DNA of 61,991 nucleotides, filler included. It is 12 parts of 12 records of this genome, joined end to end, with 100 filler letters (N's around TTAATTAATTAA, not from the genome) between each part and the next. Parts side by side here need not be neighbours in the genome. Positions count along the whole stretch, not along the records: positions 1 to 18,953 come from SRR11831585_819; 11 more parts are not named here. One strand, 5' to 3'. Shown in pieces: positions 1 to 16,464 of the stretch; positions within the stretch are counted from its first letter, which is position 1, and every line of letters starts with the position of its first letter. Both the position numbers and the translations under genes were made by a program. The notes below the pieces were generated by a model. The model was not told the origin of the DNA, searched no databases, and saw nothing but the letters and a program-made list of their open reading frames with translations.

Positions 1-29
1 CGGATAAGGCGTTTACGCCGCATCCGACA
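1..29. repeat. REP (PU) palindromic element, partial, at contig start
   Basis: CGGATAAGGCGTTTACGCCGCATCCG matches the enterobacterial REP consensus. Confidence 0.85.
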
Positions 30-36
30 TTATTTT

Positions 37-657
37 TCACGCATGCCTCGCCGATGCTAACAGCGCTCCCACCAGCATAAACAACGAGCCGAAAATCTTA
101 TTCAGCGCCTTCATCTGCTTTGGTCCTTTAATCCATAGAGCAATCCGTTGAGCAAGGGTGGCGTAACCGATCATCACAATAATATCGACCACAATAGTGG
201 TGACGCCGAGCACGATATACTGCATCAGTTGCGGCTGTTGCGGCATGATGAATTGCGGAAATAGCGCCGCCAGAAACACAATACTTTTGGGATTGGTGAG
301 ATTCACAAAAACTGCGCGCTGGAACAAATGTCGACGCGATTGAGTAGAGGCCAGCGATTTAAGGTCAATTGCACCAGCGGCGCGCCACTGCTGGATTCCC
401 AGCCAAATCAAGTAAGCCGCGCCTGCCCACTTCAACACTTCAAACGCAATCACTGAGCGGGAAAATAGCGTCCCCAACCCCACGCCAACCAGCACAATAT
501 GAATCGCCAGTCCGGTCTGAAGCCCAGCAATAGACGCCACCGCGCCGCGATAACCGTGGTTGAGCGAGGTGGTCATAGTGTTGATTGCACCAGAGCCTGG
601 CGACAGGCTTAAAATGATCGATGTCAGCAGGTAGGCAAACCACCATTCTAAGGTCAT
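37..657 (-). CDS. rhtB: Homoserine/homoserine lactone efflux protein (LysE family)
   Basis: 206-aa [28 protein letters not shown]. coli gene order next to pldB. Confidence 0.97.
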
Positions 658-767
658 GATGAACTCCCGGTGTGTCTATTTTTGTGCCACAATACGCTAC
701 TGTCGCAGCGTTGTGTCAGGCACGCTAAAAAAAACGATTTTACGTGGTTTAAGAGGCAGATTACCCG

Positions 768-1790
768 ATGTTTCAGCAGCAAAAAGACTGGGAAACAAGA
801 GAAAACGCGTTTGCTGCTTTTACCATGGGACCGCTGACTGATTTCTGGCGTCAGCGTGATGAAGCAGAGTTTACTGGTGTGGATGACATTCCGGTGCGCT
901 TTGTCCGTTTTCGCGCACAGCACCATGACCGGGTGGTAGTCATCTGCCCGGGGCGTATTGAGAGCTACGTAAAATATGCGGAACTGGCCTATGACCTGTT
1001 CCATTTGGGGTTTGATGTCTTAATCATCGACCATCGCGGGCAGGGACGTTCCGGTCGCCTGTTAGCCGATCCGCATCTCGGGCATGTTAATCGCTTTAAT
1101 GATTATGTTGATGATCTGGCGGCATTCTGGCAGCAGGAGGTTCAGCCCGGTCCGTGGCGTAAACGCTATATACTGGCACATTCGATGGGCGGTGCGATCT
1201 CCACATTATTTCTGCAACGCCATCCAGGTGTATGTGACGCCATTGCGCTAACTGCGCCAATGTTTGGGATCGTGATTCGTATGCCGTCATTTATGGCACG
1301 GCAGATCCTCAACTGGGCCGAAGCGCATCCACGTTTCCGTGATGGCTATGCAATAGGCACCGGGCGCTGGCGCGCGTTGCCGTTTGCTATCAACGTACTG
1401 ACCCACAGCAGACAGCGATATCGACGTAACTTACGCTTCTATGCTGATGACCCAACGATTCGCGTCGGTGGGCCGACCTACCATTGGGTACGCGAAAGTA
1501 TTCTGGCTGGCGAACAGGTGTTAGCCGGTGCGGGTGATGACGCCACGCCAACGCTTCTCTTGCAGGCTGAAGAGGAACGCGTGGTGGATAACCGCATGCA
1601 TGACCGTTTTTGTGAACTCCGCACCGCCGCGGGCCATCCTGTCGAAGGAGGACGGCCGTTGGTAATTAAAGGTGCTTACCATGAGATCCTTTTTGAAAAG
1701 GACGCAATGCGCTCAGTCGCGCTCCACGCCATCGTTGATTTTTTCAACAGGCATAACTCACCCAGCGGAAACCGCTCTACAGAGGTTTAA
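768..1790 (+). CDS. pldB: Lysophospholipase L2
   Basis: 340 aa; alpha/beta hydrolase motif AHSMGG; synteny. Confidence 0.97.
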   Translation: MFQQQKDWETRENAFAAFTMGPLTDFWRQRDEAEFTGVDDIPVRFVRFRAQHHDRVVVICPGRIESYVKYAELAYDLFHLGFDVLIIDHRGQGRSGRLLADPHLGHVNRFNDYVDDLAAFWQQEVQPGPWRKRYILAHSMGGAISTLFLQRHPGVCDAIALTAPMFGIVIRMPSFMARQILNWAEAHPRFRDGYAIGTGRWRALPFAINVLTHSRQRYRRNLRFYADDPTIRVGGPTYHWVRESILAGEQVLAGAGDDATPTLLLQAEEERVVDNRMHDRFCELRTAAGHPVEGGRPLVIKGAYHEILFEKDAMRSVALHAIVDFFNRHNSPSGNRSTEV

Positions 1791-1797
1791 ATTTCTT

Positions 1798-2598
1798 ATG
1801 TACCAGGTTGTTGCGTCTGATTTAGATGGCACGTTACTTTCTCCCGACCATACGTTATCCCCTTACGCCAAAGAAACTCTGAAGCTGCTCACCGCGCGCG
1901 GCATCAACTTTGTGTTTGCGACCGGTCGTCACCACGTTGATGTGGGGCAAATTCGCGATAATCTGGAGATTAAGTCTTACATGATTACCTCCAATGGTGC
2001 GCGCGTTCACGATCTGGATGGTAATCTGATTTTTGCTCATAACCTGGATCGCGACATTGCCAGCGATCTGTTTGGCGTAGTCAACGACAATCCGGACATC
2101 ATTACTAACGTTTATCGCGACGACGAATGGTTTATGAATCGCCATCGCCCGGAAGAGATGCGCTTTTTTAAAGAAGCGGTGTTCCAATATGCGCTGTATG
2201 AGCCTGGATTACTGGAGCCGGAAGGCGTCAGCAAAGTGTTCTTCACCTGCGATTCCCATGAACAACTGCTGCCGCTGGAGCAGGCGATTAACGCTCGTTG
2301 GGGCGATCGCGTCAACGTCAGTTTCTCTACCTTAACCTGTCTGGAAGTGATGGCGGGCGGCGTTTCAAAAGGCCATGCGCTGGAAGCGGTGGCGAAGAAA
2401 CTGGGCTACAGCCTGAAGGATTGTATTGCGTTTGGTGACGGGATGAACGACGCCGAAATGCTGTCGATGGCGGGGAAAGGCTGCATTATGGGCAGTGCGC
2501 ACCAGCGTCTGAAAGACCTTCATCCCGAGCTGGAAGTGATTGGTACTAATGCCGACGACGCGGTGCCGCATTATCTGCGTAAACTCTATTTATCGTAA
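1798..2598 (+). CDS. yigL: Cof-type HAD phosphatase (pyridoxal phosphate/sugar phosphate phosphatase)
   Basis: ATG at 1798; DLDGTLL and GDGMND motifs. Confidence 0.95.
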   Translation: MYQVVASDLDGTLLSPDHTLSPYAKETLKLLTARGINFVFATGRHHVDVGQIRDNLEIKSYMITSNGARVHDLDGNLIFAHNLDRDIASDLFGVVNDNPDIITNVYRDDEWFMNRHRPEEMRFFKEAVFQYALYEPGLLEPEGVSKVFFTCDSHEQLLPLEQAINARWGDRVNVSFSTLTCLEVMAGGVSKGHALEAVAKKLGYSLKDCIAFGDGMNDAEMLSMAGKGCIMGSAHQRLKDLHPELEVIGTNADDAVPHYLRKLYLS

Positions 2599-2673
2599 TC
2601 GTTCTTTATTTGGTCAGTTGTCAACCTGATACTTCGCTACAATGGATACCCGTTAATCAAAGAGTTTTCCATT

Positions 2674-3573
2674 GTGGCGCTACTTATCATCACCACGATT
2701 CTGTGGGCCTTCTCCTTTAGCTTTTATGGCGAGTACCTTGCGGGGCACGTCGATAGCTATTTTGCGGTGCTGGTGCGCGTTGGCCTGGCGGCACTCGTTT
2801 TTCTGCCGTTTCTGCGTACCCGTGGCAATAGCCTGAAAACGGTCGGCCTGTATATGCTGGTGGGCGCGATGCAGCTTGGCGTGATGTATATGCTGAGTTT
2901 CCGCGCTTATCTCTACCTGACGGTTTCCGAGCTGCTGCTGTTCACCGTGCTGACGCCGCTCTACATCACGCTGATTTATGACATCATGAGTAAGCGCCGT
3001 CTGCGCTGGGGCTATGCCTTTAGCGCCTTGCTGGCGGTGATTGGTGCCGGGATTATTCGCTATGATCAGGTCACCGACCATTTCTGGACTGGCTTGCTGC
3101 TGGTGCAACTCTCCAATATCACTTTTGCCATTGGCATGGTGGGTTACAAACGCCTGATGGAAACTCGCCCGATGCCACAGCATAACGCCTTTGCGTGGTT
3201 CTATCTTGGCGCGTTTCTGGTGGCAGTGATTGCATGGTTCTTGCTGGGAAATGCGCAGAAAATGCCGCAAACCACGCTGCAATGGGGCATTCTGGTGTTT
3301 CTTGGCGTGGTGGCTTCCGGGATTGGCTACTTTATGTGGAACTACGGCGCGACGCAGGTGGACGCCGGAACGCTGGGCATTATGAATAATATGCACGTTC
3401 CGGCAGGGCTGCTGGTAAACCTGGCTATCTGGCACCAACAGCCGCACTGGCCAACGTTTATTACAGGCGCGCTGGTGATCCTGGCCTCACTGTGGGTGCA
3501 TCGTAAGTGGGTCGCTCCGCGCTCTTCACAAACGGCAGATGATCGCAGGCGTGATTGCGCGCTGAGCGAATAA
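2674..3573 (+). CDS. yigM: EamA/DMT-family biotin transporter
   Basis: 299-aa hydrophobic ORF, GTG start, between yigL and metR. Confidence 0.93.
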
Positions 3574-4414
3574 ACGCTTCCGTAACTGGCTGACGCTGCT
3601 CGCCATCGCGCACGGCGGCGTACAGTCGGCTCCACAAGCCTTCGCCCAGGGTTTTGGTCACCACCAGACCCTGGCGCTCAAAACTCTCTACTACCCAATG
3701 CGGTAGCGCGGCAATACCCATCCGCGCGGCAACCATCTGAATCAACAATAAGGTGTTATCGACGCTTTTCAGTGACGGGCTGACGCCTGCCGGCTGAAGA
3801 AAATGCCGCCAGACATCCAGTCGACTACGCTGCACCGGATAAATTAATAGCGTCTCGCTGGCGAGATCTTCCGGTGTAATTCGCGTTTTCGCCGCCAGTG
3901 GATGGTCAGGTGCTAACACCAGACGCACTTCATAGTCGAACATCGGCGAATAATGCAGGCCACTGCGCGGCAGAATATCGGACGTCATTACCAGATCCAG
4001 CTCTCCCTGTTGCAAGGCGGGCTGCGGGTCAAATGTCACGCCCGATTTAAAATCCATCTCTACCTGCGGCCAGTTCTTATGGAAATTTTCTAACGCGGGT
4101 GTCAGCCACTGAATACAGCTATGGCACTCAATGGCAATGCGCAGACGCGTCTGCTGCGGTTCATTGCAGGCTTGCAGGGCCTGGCTAATTTGCGGCAGTA
4201 CCTGGTTTGCCAGTTGCAACAGGATTTCTCCCTGCGGTGTAAAGCGTAGCGGCTGGCTCTTACGCACAAATAGCCGGAAGCCAAGGCGTTGTTCCAGATC
4301 GCTAAACTGGTGAGACAGGGCGGATTGCGTCTGATGCAACGTCGCCGCAGCGGCTGCGAGCGAGCCGCAGTTCCGCAACGCTTGTAGCGTTTTCAGGTGT
4401 TTTACTTCGATCAT
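3461..4414 (-). CDS. metR: LysR-family regulator MetR
   Basis: N-terminal LysR HTH; divergent from metE. Confidence 0.97.
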
Positions 4415-4426
4415 GAAAGTCCTTCA
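4414..4426. promoter_or_regulatory. MetR binding site
   Basis: TGAAAGTCCTTCA fits TGAA-N5-TTCA. Confidence 0.7.
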
Positions 4427-4477
4427 CTTCGGCATGAATAATTTGCGCTTGAGGAATATACAGTAACCGCCAATTAT

Positions 4478-4501
4478 GGATGTGTAAACATCTGGACGGC
4501 T
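4478..4501. promoter_or_regulatory. Three tandem Met boxes (MetJ operator)
   Basis: GGATGTGT AAACATCT GGACGGCT resemble the AGACGTCT consensus, in the metR-metE intergenic region. Confidence 0.75.
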
Positions 4502-4650
4502 AAAATCCTTCGTCTTTTAAATTTATGGTGCGTTGGCTGCGTTTCTCCACCCCGGTCACTTACTTCAGTAAGCTCCCGGGGATGAATAAACTTGCCGCCT
4601 TCCCTAAATTCAAAATCCATAGGATTTACATATAATTAGAGGAAGAAAAA

Positions 4651-6912
4651 ATGACAATATTGAATCACACCCTCGGTTTCCCTCGCGTTGGCCTGCGTCG
4701 CGAGCTGAAAAAAGCGCAAGAAAGTTATTGGGCGGGGAACTCCACGCGTGAAGAACTGCTGGCGGTAGGGCGTGAATTGCGTGCTCGTCACTGGGATCAA
4801 CAAAAGCAAGCGGGTATCGACCTGCTGCCGGTGGGCGATTTTGCCTGGTACGATCATGTACTGACCACCAGTCTGCTGCTGGGTAACGTTCCGGCGCGTC
4901 ATCAGAACAAAGATGGTTCGGTAGATATCGACACCCTGTTCCGTATTGGTCGTGGACGTGCGCCGACTGGCGAACCTGCGGCGGCAGCGGAAATGACCAA
5001 ATGGTTTAACACCAACTATCACTACATGGTGCCGGAGTTCGTTAAAGGCCAACAGTTCAAACTGACCTGGACGCAGCTGCTGGACGAAGTGGACGAGGCG
5101 CTGGCGCTGGGCCACAAGGTGAAACCTGTGCTGCTGGGGCCGGTTACCTGGCTGTGGCTGGGGAAAGTGAAAGGTGAACAATTTGACCGCCTGAGCCTGC
5201 TGAACGACATTCTGCCGGTTTATCAGCAAGTGCTGGCAGAACTGGCGAAACGCGGCATCGAGTGGGTACAGATTGATGAACCCGCGCTGGTACTGGAACT
5301 ACCACAGGCGTGGCTGGACGCATACAAACCCGCTTACGACGCGCTCCAGGGACAGGTGAAACTGCTGCTGACCACCTATTTTGAAGGCGTAACGCCAAAT
5401 CTCGACACGATTACTGCGCTGCCTGTTCAGGGTCTGCATGTTGACCTCGTACATGGTAAAGATGACGTTGCTGAACTGCACAAGCGCCTGCCTTCTGACT
5501 GGTTGCTGTCTGCGGGTCTGATCAATGGTCGTAACGTCTGGCGCGCCGATCTTACCGAGAAATATGCGCAAATTAAGGACATTGTCGGCAAACGTGATTT
5601 GTGGGTGGCATCTTCCTGCTCGTTGCTGCACAGCCCCATCGACCTGAGCGTGGAAACGCGTCTTGATGCAGAAGTGAAAAGCTGGTTTGCCTTCGCCCTA
5701 CAAAAATGCCATGAACTGGCACTGCTGCGCGATGCGCTGAACAGTGGTGACACGGCAGCTCTGGCAGAGTGGAGCGCCCCGATTCAGGCACGTCGTCACT
5801 CTACCCGCGTACATAATCCGGCGGTAGAAAAGCGTCTGGCGGCGATCACCGCCCAGGACAGCCAGCGTGCGAATGTCTATGAAGTGCGTGCTGAAGCCCA
5901 GCGTGCGCGTTTTAAACTGCCAGCGTGGCCGACCACCACGATTGGTTCCTTCCCGCAAACCACGGAAATTCGTACCCTGCGTCTGGATTTCAAAAAGGGC
6001 AATCTCGACGCCAACAACTACCGCACGGGCATTGCGGAACATATCAAGCAGGCCATTGTTGAGCAGGAACGTTTGGGACTGGATGTGCTGGTACATGGCG
6101 AGGCCGAGCGTAATGACATGGTGGAATACTTTGGCGAGCACCTCGACGGATTTGTCTTTACGCAAAACGGTTGGGTACAGAGCTACGGTTCCCGCTGCGT
6201 GAAGCCACCGATTGTCATTGGTGACATTAGCCGCCCGGCACCGATTACCGTGGAGTGGGCGAAGTATGCGCAATCGCTGACCGACAAACCGGTGAAAGGG
6301 ATGCTGACGGGGCCGGTGACCATACTCTGCTGGTCGTTCCCGCGTGAAGATGTCAGCCGTGAAACCATCGCCAAACAGATTGCGCTGGCGCTGCGTGATG
6401 AAGTGGCCGATCTGGAAGCCGCTGGAATTGGCATCATCCAGATTGACGAACCGGCGCTGCGCGAAGGTTTACCGCTGCGTCGTAGCGACTGGGATGCGTA
6501 TCTCCAGTGGGGCGTAGAGGCCTTCCGTATCAACGCCGCCGTGGCGAAAGATGACACACAAATCCACACTCACATGTGTTATTGCGAGTTCAACGACATC
6601 ATGGATTCGATTGCGGCGCTGGACGCAGACGTCATCACCATCGAAACCTCGCGTTCCGACATGGAGTTGCTGGAGTCGTTTGAAGAGTTTGATTATCCAA
6701 ATGAAATCGGTCCTGGCGTCTATGACATTCACTCGCCAAACGTACCGAGCGTGGAATGGATTGAAGCCTTGCTGAAGAAAGCGGCAAAACGCATTCCGGC
6801 AGAGCGCCTGTGGGTCAACCCGGACTGTGGCCTGAAAACGCGCGGCTGGCCAGAAACCCGCGCGGCACTGGCGAACATGGTGCAGGCGGCGCAGAACTTG
6901 CGTCGGGGGTAA
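4651..6912 (+). CDS. metE: Cobalamin-independent methionine synthase
   Basis: 753 aa; HMCYCE and NPDCGLKTR zinc motifs. Confidence 0.99.
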
Positions 6913-6919
6913 AATCCAA

Positions 6920-6948
6920 ACCGGGTGGTAATACCACCCGGTCTTTTC
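6920..6948 (+). terminator. Intrinsic terminator after metE
   Basis: ACCGGGTGGTA-A-TACCACCCGGT hairpin followed by CTTTT. Confidence 0.7.
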
Positions 6949-6951
6949 TCA

Positions 6952-7767
6952 TTACAGCGACTTCTTCCCACCATACTGCTTAAACCATTCCAGCATACGC
7001 TGCCAGCCATCTTCTGCAGATGCGGCATGATAGCTCGGGCGATAATCAGCGTTGAATGCATGCCCGGCGTCCGGGTACACGATAATCTCTGCTTTCGCAT
7101 TAGCAGCCCGCAGCGCCTGGCGCATGGTTTCAACGCTCTCCTGCGGAATGCTGTTATCCTGACCACCATATAAGCCGAGAATCGGCGCGTTAAGATCGGT
7201 TGCGATATCAACAGGTTGTTTCGGTGAATTCAGCGACTTGTCGCCCGTCAGTTTGCCGTACCACGCCACTGCGGCTTTTAGCTGTGGATTATGCGCGGCA
7301 TACAGCCAGGTGATACGTCCACCCCAGCAGAATCCGGTGATCATTAAACGATGAACATCGCCGCCGTTGCGGGAAGCCCAACTGGCGACATGATCGAGAT
7401 CGGCCAGCACCTGCGAGTCAGGCACTTTTGCTACCAGACCGCTAAGCAACGTGGGGATATCGGCAAAATCATTCGGATCGCCTTCGCGGAAGTAAAGTTC
7501 AGGTGCGATAGCCAGATACCCCTCCAGCGCCAGACGGCGACAAATGTCGCGGATATGTTCATGCACGCCAAAAATTTCCTGCACTACAATGACCACTGGC
7601 AGTGGGCCATCGCTTTGCTTTGGTCTGGCATGGTAAGCAGGCATGTTATCCCCTTGTGAAGGGATAGAGGTGAAGCCCGCCACAATCGCGTCGTCCGGGG
7701 TCTGAACGATGGTCGAAGCGAGAGGCGATGCAGCAGGTGCAAATCCAGATTGTTGTGTTGTTGCCAT
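6952..7767 (-). CDS. ysgA: Dienelactone hydrolase family protein
   Basis: GFCWGG nucleophile motif; start MATTQQ. Confidence 0.92.
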   Translation of the reverse strand: MATTQQSGFAPAASPLASTIVQTPDDAIVAGFTSIPSQGDNMPAYHARPKQSDGPLPVVIVVQEIFGVHEHIRDICRRLALEGYLAIAPELYFREGDPNDFADIPTLLSGLVAKVPDSQVLADLDHVASWASRNGGDVHRLMITGFCWGGRITWLYAAHNPQLKAAVAWYGKLTGDKSLNSPKQPVDIATDLNAPILGLYGGQDNSIPQESVETMRQALRAANAKAEIIVYPDAGHAFNADYRPSYHAASAEDGWQRMLEWFKQYGGKKSL

Positions 7768-8028
7768 GGTATTCTCCGTACCCTTATAAAAATGTTGCGC
7801 AATGTTAACTATAGTCAGCATGCAACAAATCACATTGCCTGAATCGGCTCATCTTTTATGCAGTCCTGCAGAATGAAGGGTGATTTATGTGATTTGCATC
7901 ACTTTTGGTGGGTAAATTTATGCAACGCATTTGCGTCATGGTGATGAGTATCACGAAAAAATGTTAAACCCTTCGGTAAAGTGTCTTTTTGCTTCTTCTG
8001 ACTAAACCGATTCACAGAGGAGTTGTAT

Positions 8029-8790
8029 ATGTCCAAGTCTGATGTTTTTCATCTCGGCCTCACTAAAAACGATTTACAAGGGGCTACGCTTGCCATCGTC
8101 CCTGGCGACCCGGATCGTGTGGAAAAGATCGCCGCGCTGATGGATAAGCCGGTTAAGCTGGCATCTCACCGCGAATTCACTACCTGGCGTGCAGAGCTGG
8201 ATGGTAAACCTGTTATCGTCTGCTCTACCGGTATCGGCGGCCCGTCTACCTCTATTGCTGTTGAAGAGCTGGCACAGCTGGGCATTCGCACCTTCCTGCG
8301 TATCGGTACAACGGGCGCTATTCAGCCGCATATTAATGTGGGTGATGTCCTGGTTACCACGGCGTCTGTCCGTCTGGATGGCGCGAGCCTGCACTTCGCA
8401 CCGCTGGAATTCCCGGCTGTCGCTGATTTCGAATGTACGACTGCGCTGGTTGAAGCTGCGAAATCCATTGGCGCGACAACTCACGTTGGCGTGACAGCTT
8501 CTTCTGATACCTTCTACCCAGGTCAGGAACGTTACGATACTTACTCTGGTCGCGTAGTTCGTCACTTTAAAGGTTCTATGGAAGAGTGGCAGGCGATGGG
8601 CGTAATGAACTATGAAATGGAATCTGCAACCCTGCTGACCATGTGTGCAAGTCAGGGCCTGCGTGCCGGTATGGTAGCGGGTGTTATCGTTAACCGCACC
8701 CAGCAAGAGATCCCGAATGCTGAGACGATGAAACAAACCGAAAGCCATGCGGTGAAAATCGTGGTGGAAGCGGCGCGTCGTCTGCTGTAA
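8029..8790 (+). CDS. udp: Uridine phosphorylase
   Basis: [15 protein letters not shown] and YEME motifs; CRP-like sites upstream (TGTGA-N6-TCAC near 7887-7902). Confidence 0.98.
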   Translation: MSKSDVFHLGLTKNDLQGATLAIVPGDPDRVEKIAALMDKPVKLASHREFTTWRAELDGKPVIVCSTGIGGPSTSIAVEELAQLGIRTFLRIGTTGAIQPHINVGDVLVTTASVRLDGASLHFAPLEFPAVADFECTTALVEAAKSIGATTHVGVTASSDTFYPGQERYDTYSGRVVRHFKGSMEEWQAMGVMNYEMESATLLTMCASQGLRAGMVAGVIVNRTQQEIPNAETMKQTESHAVKIVVEAARRLL

Positions 8791-8806
8791 TTCTCTTCTC
8801 CTGTCT

Positions 8807-8830
8807 GAAGGCCGACGCGTTCGGCCTTTT
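8807..8830 (+). terminator. Intrinsic terminator after udp
   Basis: GAAGGCCGA-CGCGT-TCGGCCTTTT. Confidence 0.75.
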
Positions 8831-8930
8831 GTATTTTTGCGTAGCGCCTCGCAGGAAATGCCTTTCCAACTGGACGTTTGTACAGCACAATTCTATTTTG
8901 TGCGGGTAAGTTGTTGCGTCAGGAGGCGTT

Positions 8931-10358
8931 GTGGATTTCTCAATCATGGTTTACGCAGTTATTGCGTTGGTGGGTGTGGCAATTGGCTGGCTGTTTGCCA
9001 GTTATCAACATGCGCAGCAAAAAGCCGAGCAATTAGCTGAACGTGAAGAGATGGTCGCGGAGTTAAGCGCGGCAAAACAACAAATTACCCAAAGCGAGCA
9101 CTGGCGTGCAGAGTGCGAGTTACTCAATAACGAAGTGCGCAGCCTGCAAAGTATTAACACCTCTCTGGAGGCCGATCTGCGTGAAGTAACCACGCGGATG
9201 GAAGCCGCACAGCAACATGCTGACGATAAAATTCGCCAGATGATTAACAGCGAGCAGCGCCTCAGTGAGCAGTTTGAAAACCTCGCCAACCGTATTTTTG
9301 AGCACAGCAATCGCCGGGTTGATGAGCAAAACCGTCAGAGTCTGAACAGCCTGTTGTCGCCGCTACGTGAACAACTGGACGGTTTCCGCCGTCAGGTTCA
9401 GGACAGCTTCGGTAAAGAAGCACAAGAACGCCATACCCTGACCCACGAAATTCGCAATCTCCAGCAACTCAACGCGCAAATGGCCCAGGAAGCGATCAAC
9501 CTGACGCGCGCGCTGAAAGGCGACAATAAAACCCAGGGCAACTGGGGCGAGGTAGTATTGACGCGGGTGCTGGAGGCTTCCGGTCTGCGTGAAGGGTATG
9601 AATATGAAACCCAGGTCAGCATCGAAAATGACGCCCGCTCGCGGATGCAGCCGGATGTCATCGTGCGCCTGCCGCAGGGAAAAGATGTGGTGATCGACGC
9701 CAAAATGACGCTGGTCGCCTATGAACGCTATTTTAACGCCGAAGACGACTACACCCGCGAAAGCGCGCTACAGGAACATATCGCGTCGGTGCGTAACCAT
9801 ATCCGTTTGCTGGGACGCAAAGATTATCAACAGCTGCCGGGGCTGCGAACTCTGGATTACGTGCTGATGTTTATTCCCGTTGAACCCGCTTTTTTACTGG
9901 CGCTTGACCGCCAGCCGGAGCTGATCACCGAAGCGTTGAAAAACAACATCATGCTGGTTAGCCCGACTACGCTGCTGGTGGCGCTGCGCACTATCGCCAA
10001 CCTGTGGCGTTATGAGCATCAAAGCCGCAACGCCCAGCAAATCGCCGATCGTGCCAGCAAGCTGTACGACAAGATGCGTTTGTTCATCGATGACATGTCC
10101 GCGATTGGTCAAAGTCTCGACAAAGCGCAGGATAATTATCGGCAGGCAATGAAAAAACTCTCTTCAGGGCGCGGAAATGTGCTGGCGCAGGCAGAAGCGT
10201 TTCGCGGTTTAGGAGTAGAAATTAAACGCGAGATTAATCCGGATTTGGCTGAACAGGCGGTGAGCCAGGATGAAGAGTATCGACTTCGGTCGGTTCCGGA
10301 GCAGCCGAATGATGAAGCTTATCAACGCGATGATGAATATAATCAGCAGTCGCGCTAG
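8931..10358 (+). CDS. rmuC: DNA recombination protein RmuC
   Basis: 475 aa; coiled coil plus GNWGE..PD..DAK nuclease-like motifs. Confidence 0.96.
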   Translation: MDFSIMVYAVIALVGVAIGWLFASYQHAQQKAEQLAEREEMVAELSAAKQQITQSEHWRAECELLNNEVRSLQSINTSLEADLREVTTRMEAAQQHADDKIRQMINSEQRLSEQFENLANRIFEHSNRRVDEQNRQSLNSLLSPLREQLDGFRRQVQDSFGKEAQERHTLTHEIRNLQQLNAQMAQEAINLTRALKGDNKTQGNWGEVVLTRVLEASGLREGYEYETQVSIENDARSRMQPDVIVRLPQGKDVVIDAKMTLVAYERYFNAEDDYTRESALQEHIASVRNHIRLLGRKDYQQLPGLRTLDYVLMFIPVEPAFLLALDRQPELITEALKNNIMLVSPTTLLVALRTIANLWRYEHQSRNAQQIADRASKLYDKMRLFIDDMSAIGQSLDKAQDNYRQAMKKLSSGRGNVLAQAEAFRGLGVEIKREINPDLAEQAVSQDEEYRLRSVPEQPNDEAYQRDDEYNQQSR

Positions 10359-10452
10359 CCCATTGGGAGTAGTTAAGCCGGGTAGAAATCTAGGGCATCG
10401 ACGCCCAATCTGTTACACTTCTGGAACAATTTTTTGATGAGCAGGCATTGAG

Positions 10453-11208
10453 ATGGTGGATAAGTCACAAGAAACGACGCACTTTGGTTTTCAGACCGTC
10501 GCGAAGGAACAAAAAGCGGATATGGTCGCCCACGTTTTCCATTCCGTGGCATCAAAATACGATGTCATGAATGATTTGATGTCATTTGGTATTCATCGTT
10601 TGTGGAAGCGATTCACGATTGATTGCAGCGGCGTACGCCGTGGGCAGACCGTGCTGGATCTGGCTGGTGGCACCGGCGACCTGACAGCGAAATTCTCCCG
10701 CCTGGTCGGAGAAACTGGCAAAGTGGTCCTTGCTGATATCAATGAATCCATGCTCAAAATGGGCCGCGAGAAGCTGCGTAATATCGGTGTGATTGGCAAC
10801 GTTGAGTATGTTCAGGCGAACGCTGAGGCGCTGCCGTTCCCGGATAACACCTTTGATTGCATCACCATTTCGTTTGGTCTGCGTAACGTCACCGACAAAG
10901 ATAAAGCACTGCGTTCAATGTATCGCGTGCTGAAACCCGGCGGCCGCCTGCTGGTGCTTGAGTTCTCGAAGCCAATTATCGAGCCGCTGAGCAAAGCCTA
11001 TGATGCATACTCCTTCCATGTGCTGCCGCGTATTGGCTCACTGGTCGCGAACGACGCCGACAGCTACCGTTATCTGGCAGAATCCATCCGTATGCATCCC
11101 GATCAGGATACCCTGAAAGCCATGATGCAGGATGCCGGATTCGAAAGTGTCGACTACTACAATCTGACGGCAGGGGTTGTGGCGCTGCATCGTGGTTATA
11201 AGTTCTGA
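10453..11208 (+). CDS. ubiE: Ubiquinone/menaquinone C-methyltransferase
   Basis: YDVMNDLMS and LDLAGGTGD motifs. Confidence 0.98.
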
Positions 11209-11221
11209 CAGGAGACCGGAA

Positions 11222-13464
<2,243 letters not shown>

Positions 13465-13542
13465 TTTTTTCATCGCTCAAGGCGGGCCGTGTAACGTATA
13501 ATGCGGCTTTGTTTAATCATCATCTACCACAGAGGAACATGT

Positions 13543-13812
13543 ATGGGTGGTATCAGTATTTGGCAGTTATTGATTATTGCCGTCATCGTTGTACTGCTTT
13601 TTGGCACCAAAAAGCTCGGCTCCATCGGTTCCGATCTTGGTGCGTCGATCAAAGGCTTTAAAAAAGCAATGAGCGATGATGAACCAAAGCAGGATAAAAC
13701 CAGTCAGGATGCTGATTTTACTGCGAAAACTATCGCCGATAAGCAGGCGGATACGAATCAGGAACAGGCTAAAACAGAAGACGCGAAGCGCCACGATAAA
13801 GAGCAGGTGTAA
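13543..13812 (+). CDS. tatA: Tat translocase subunit A
   Basis: [25 protein letters not shown]. Confidence 0.97.
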   Translation: MGGISIWQLLIIAVIVVLLFGTKKLGSIGSDLGASIKGFKKAMSDDEPKQDKTSQDADFTAKTIADKQADTNQEQAKTEDAKRHDKEQV

Positions 13813-13815
13813 TCC

Positions 13816-14331
13816 GTGTTTGATATCGGTTTTAGCGAACTGCTATTGGTGTTCATCATCGGCCTCGTCGTTCTGGGGCCGCAACGACTGCCTGTGGCGG
13901 TAAAAACGGTAGCGGGCTGGATTCGCGCGTTGCGTTCACTGGCGACAACGGTGCAGAACGAACTGACCCAGGAGTTAAAACTCCAGGAGTTTCAGGACAG
14001 TCTGAAAAAGGTTGAAAAGGCGAGCCTCACTAACCTGACGCCCGAACTGAAAGCGTCGATGGATGAACTACGCCAGGCCGCGGAGTCGATGAAGCGTTCC
14101 TACGTTGCAAACGATCCTGAAAAGGCGAGCGATGAAGCGCACACCATCCATAACCCGGTGGTGAAAGATAATGAAGCTGCGCATGAGGGCGTAACGCCTG
14201 CCGCTGCACAAACGCAGGCCAGTTCGCCGGAACAGAAGCCAGAAACCACGCCAGAGCCGGTGGTAAAACCTGCTGCGGACGCTGAACCGAAAACCGCTGC
14301 ACCTTCCCCTTCGTCGAGTGATAAACCGTAA
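13816..14331 (+). CDS. tatB: Tat translocase subunit B
   Basis: [16 protein letters not shown]. Confidence 0.97.
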
Positions 14332-14333
14332 AC

Positions 14334-15110
14334 ATGTCTGTAGAAGATACTCAACCGCTTATCACGCATCTGATTGAGCTGCGTAAGCGTCTGCTGAACT
14401 GCATTATCGCGGTGATCGTGATATTCCTGTGTCTGGTCTATTTCGCCAATGACATCTATCACCTGGTATCCGCGCCATTGATCAAGCAGTTGCCGCAAGG
14501 TTCAACGATGATCGCCACCGACGTGGCCTCGCCGTTCTTTACGCCGATCAAGCTGACCTTTATGGTGTCGCTGATTCTGTCAGCGCCGGTGATTCTCTAT
14601 CAGGTGTGGGCATTTATCGCCCCAGCGCTGTATAAGCATGAACGTCGCCTGGTGGTGCCGCTGCTGGTTTCCAGCTCTCTGCTGTTTTATATCGGCATGG
14701 CATTCGCCTACTTTGTGGTCTTTCCGCTGGCATTTGGCTTCCTTGCCAATACCGCGCCGGAAGGGGTGCAGGTATCCACCGACATCGCCAGCTATTTAAG
14801 CTTCGTTATGGCGCTGTTTATGGCGTTTGGTGTCTCCTTTGAAGTGCCGGTAGCAATTGTGCTGCTGTGCTGGATGGGGATTACCTCGCCAGAAGACTTA
14901 CGCAAAAAACGCCCGTATGTGCTGGTTGGTGCATTCGTTGTCGGGATGTTGCTGACGCCGCCGGATGTCTTCTCGCAAACGCTGTTGGCGATCCCGATGT
15001 ACTGTCTGTTTGAAATCGGTGTCTTCTTCTCACGCTTTTACGTTGGTAAAGGGCGAAATCGGGAAGAGGAAAACGACGCTGAAGCAGAAAGCGAAAAAAC
15101 TGAAGAATAA
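14334..15110 (+). CDS. tatC: Tat translocase subunit C
   Basis: HLIELRKR; multi-TM; LTPPD. Confidence 0.97.
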
Positions 15111-15151
15111 ATTCAACCGCCCGTCAGGGCGGTTGTCATATGGAGTACAGG

Positions 15152-16464
<1,313 letters not shown>
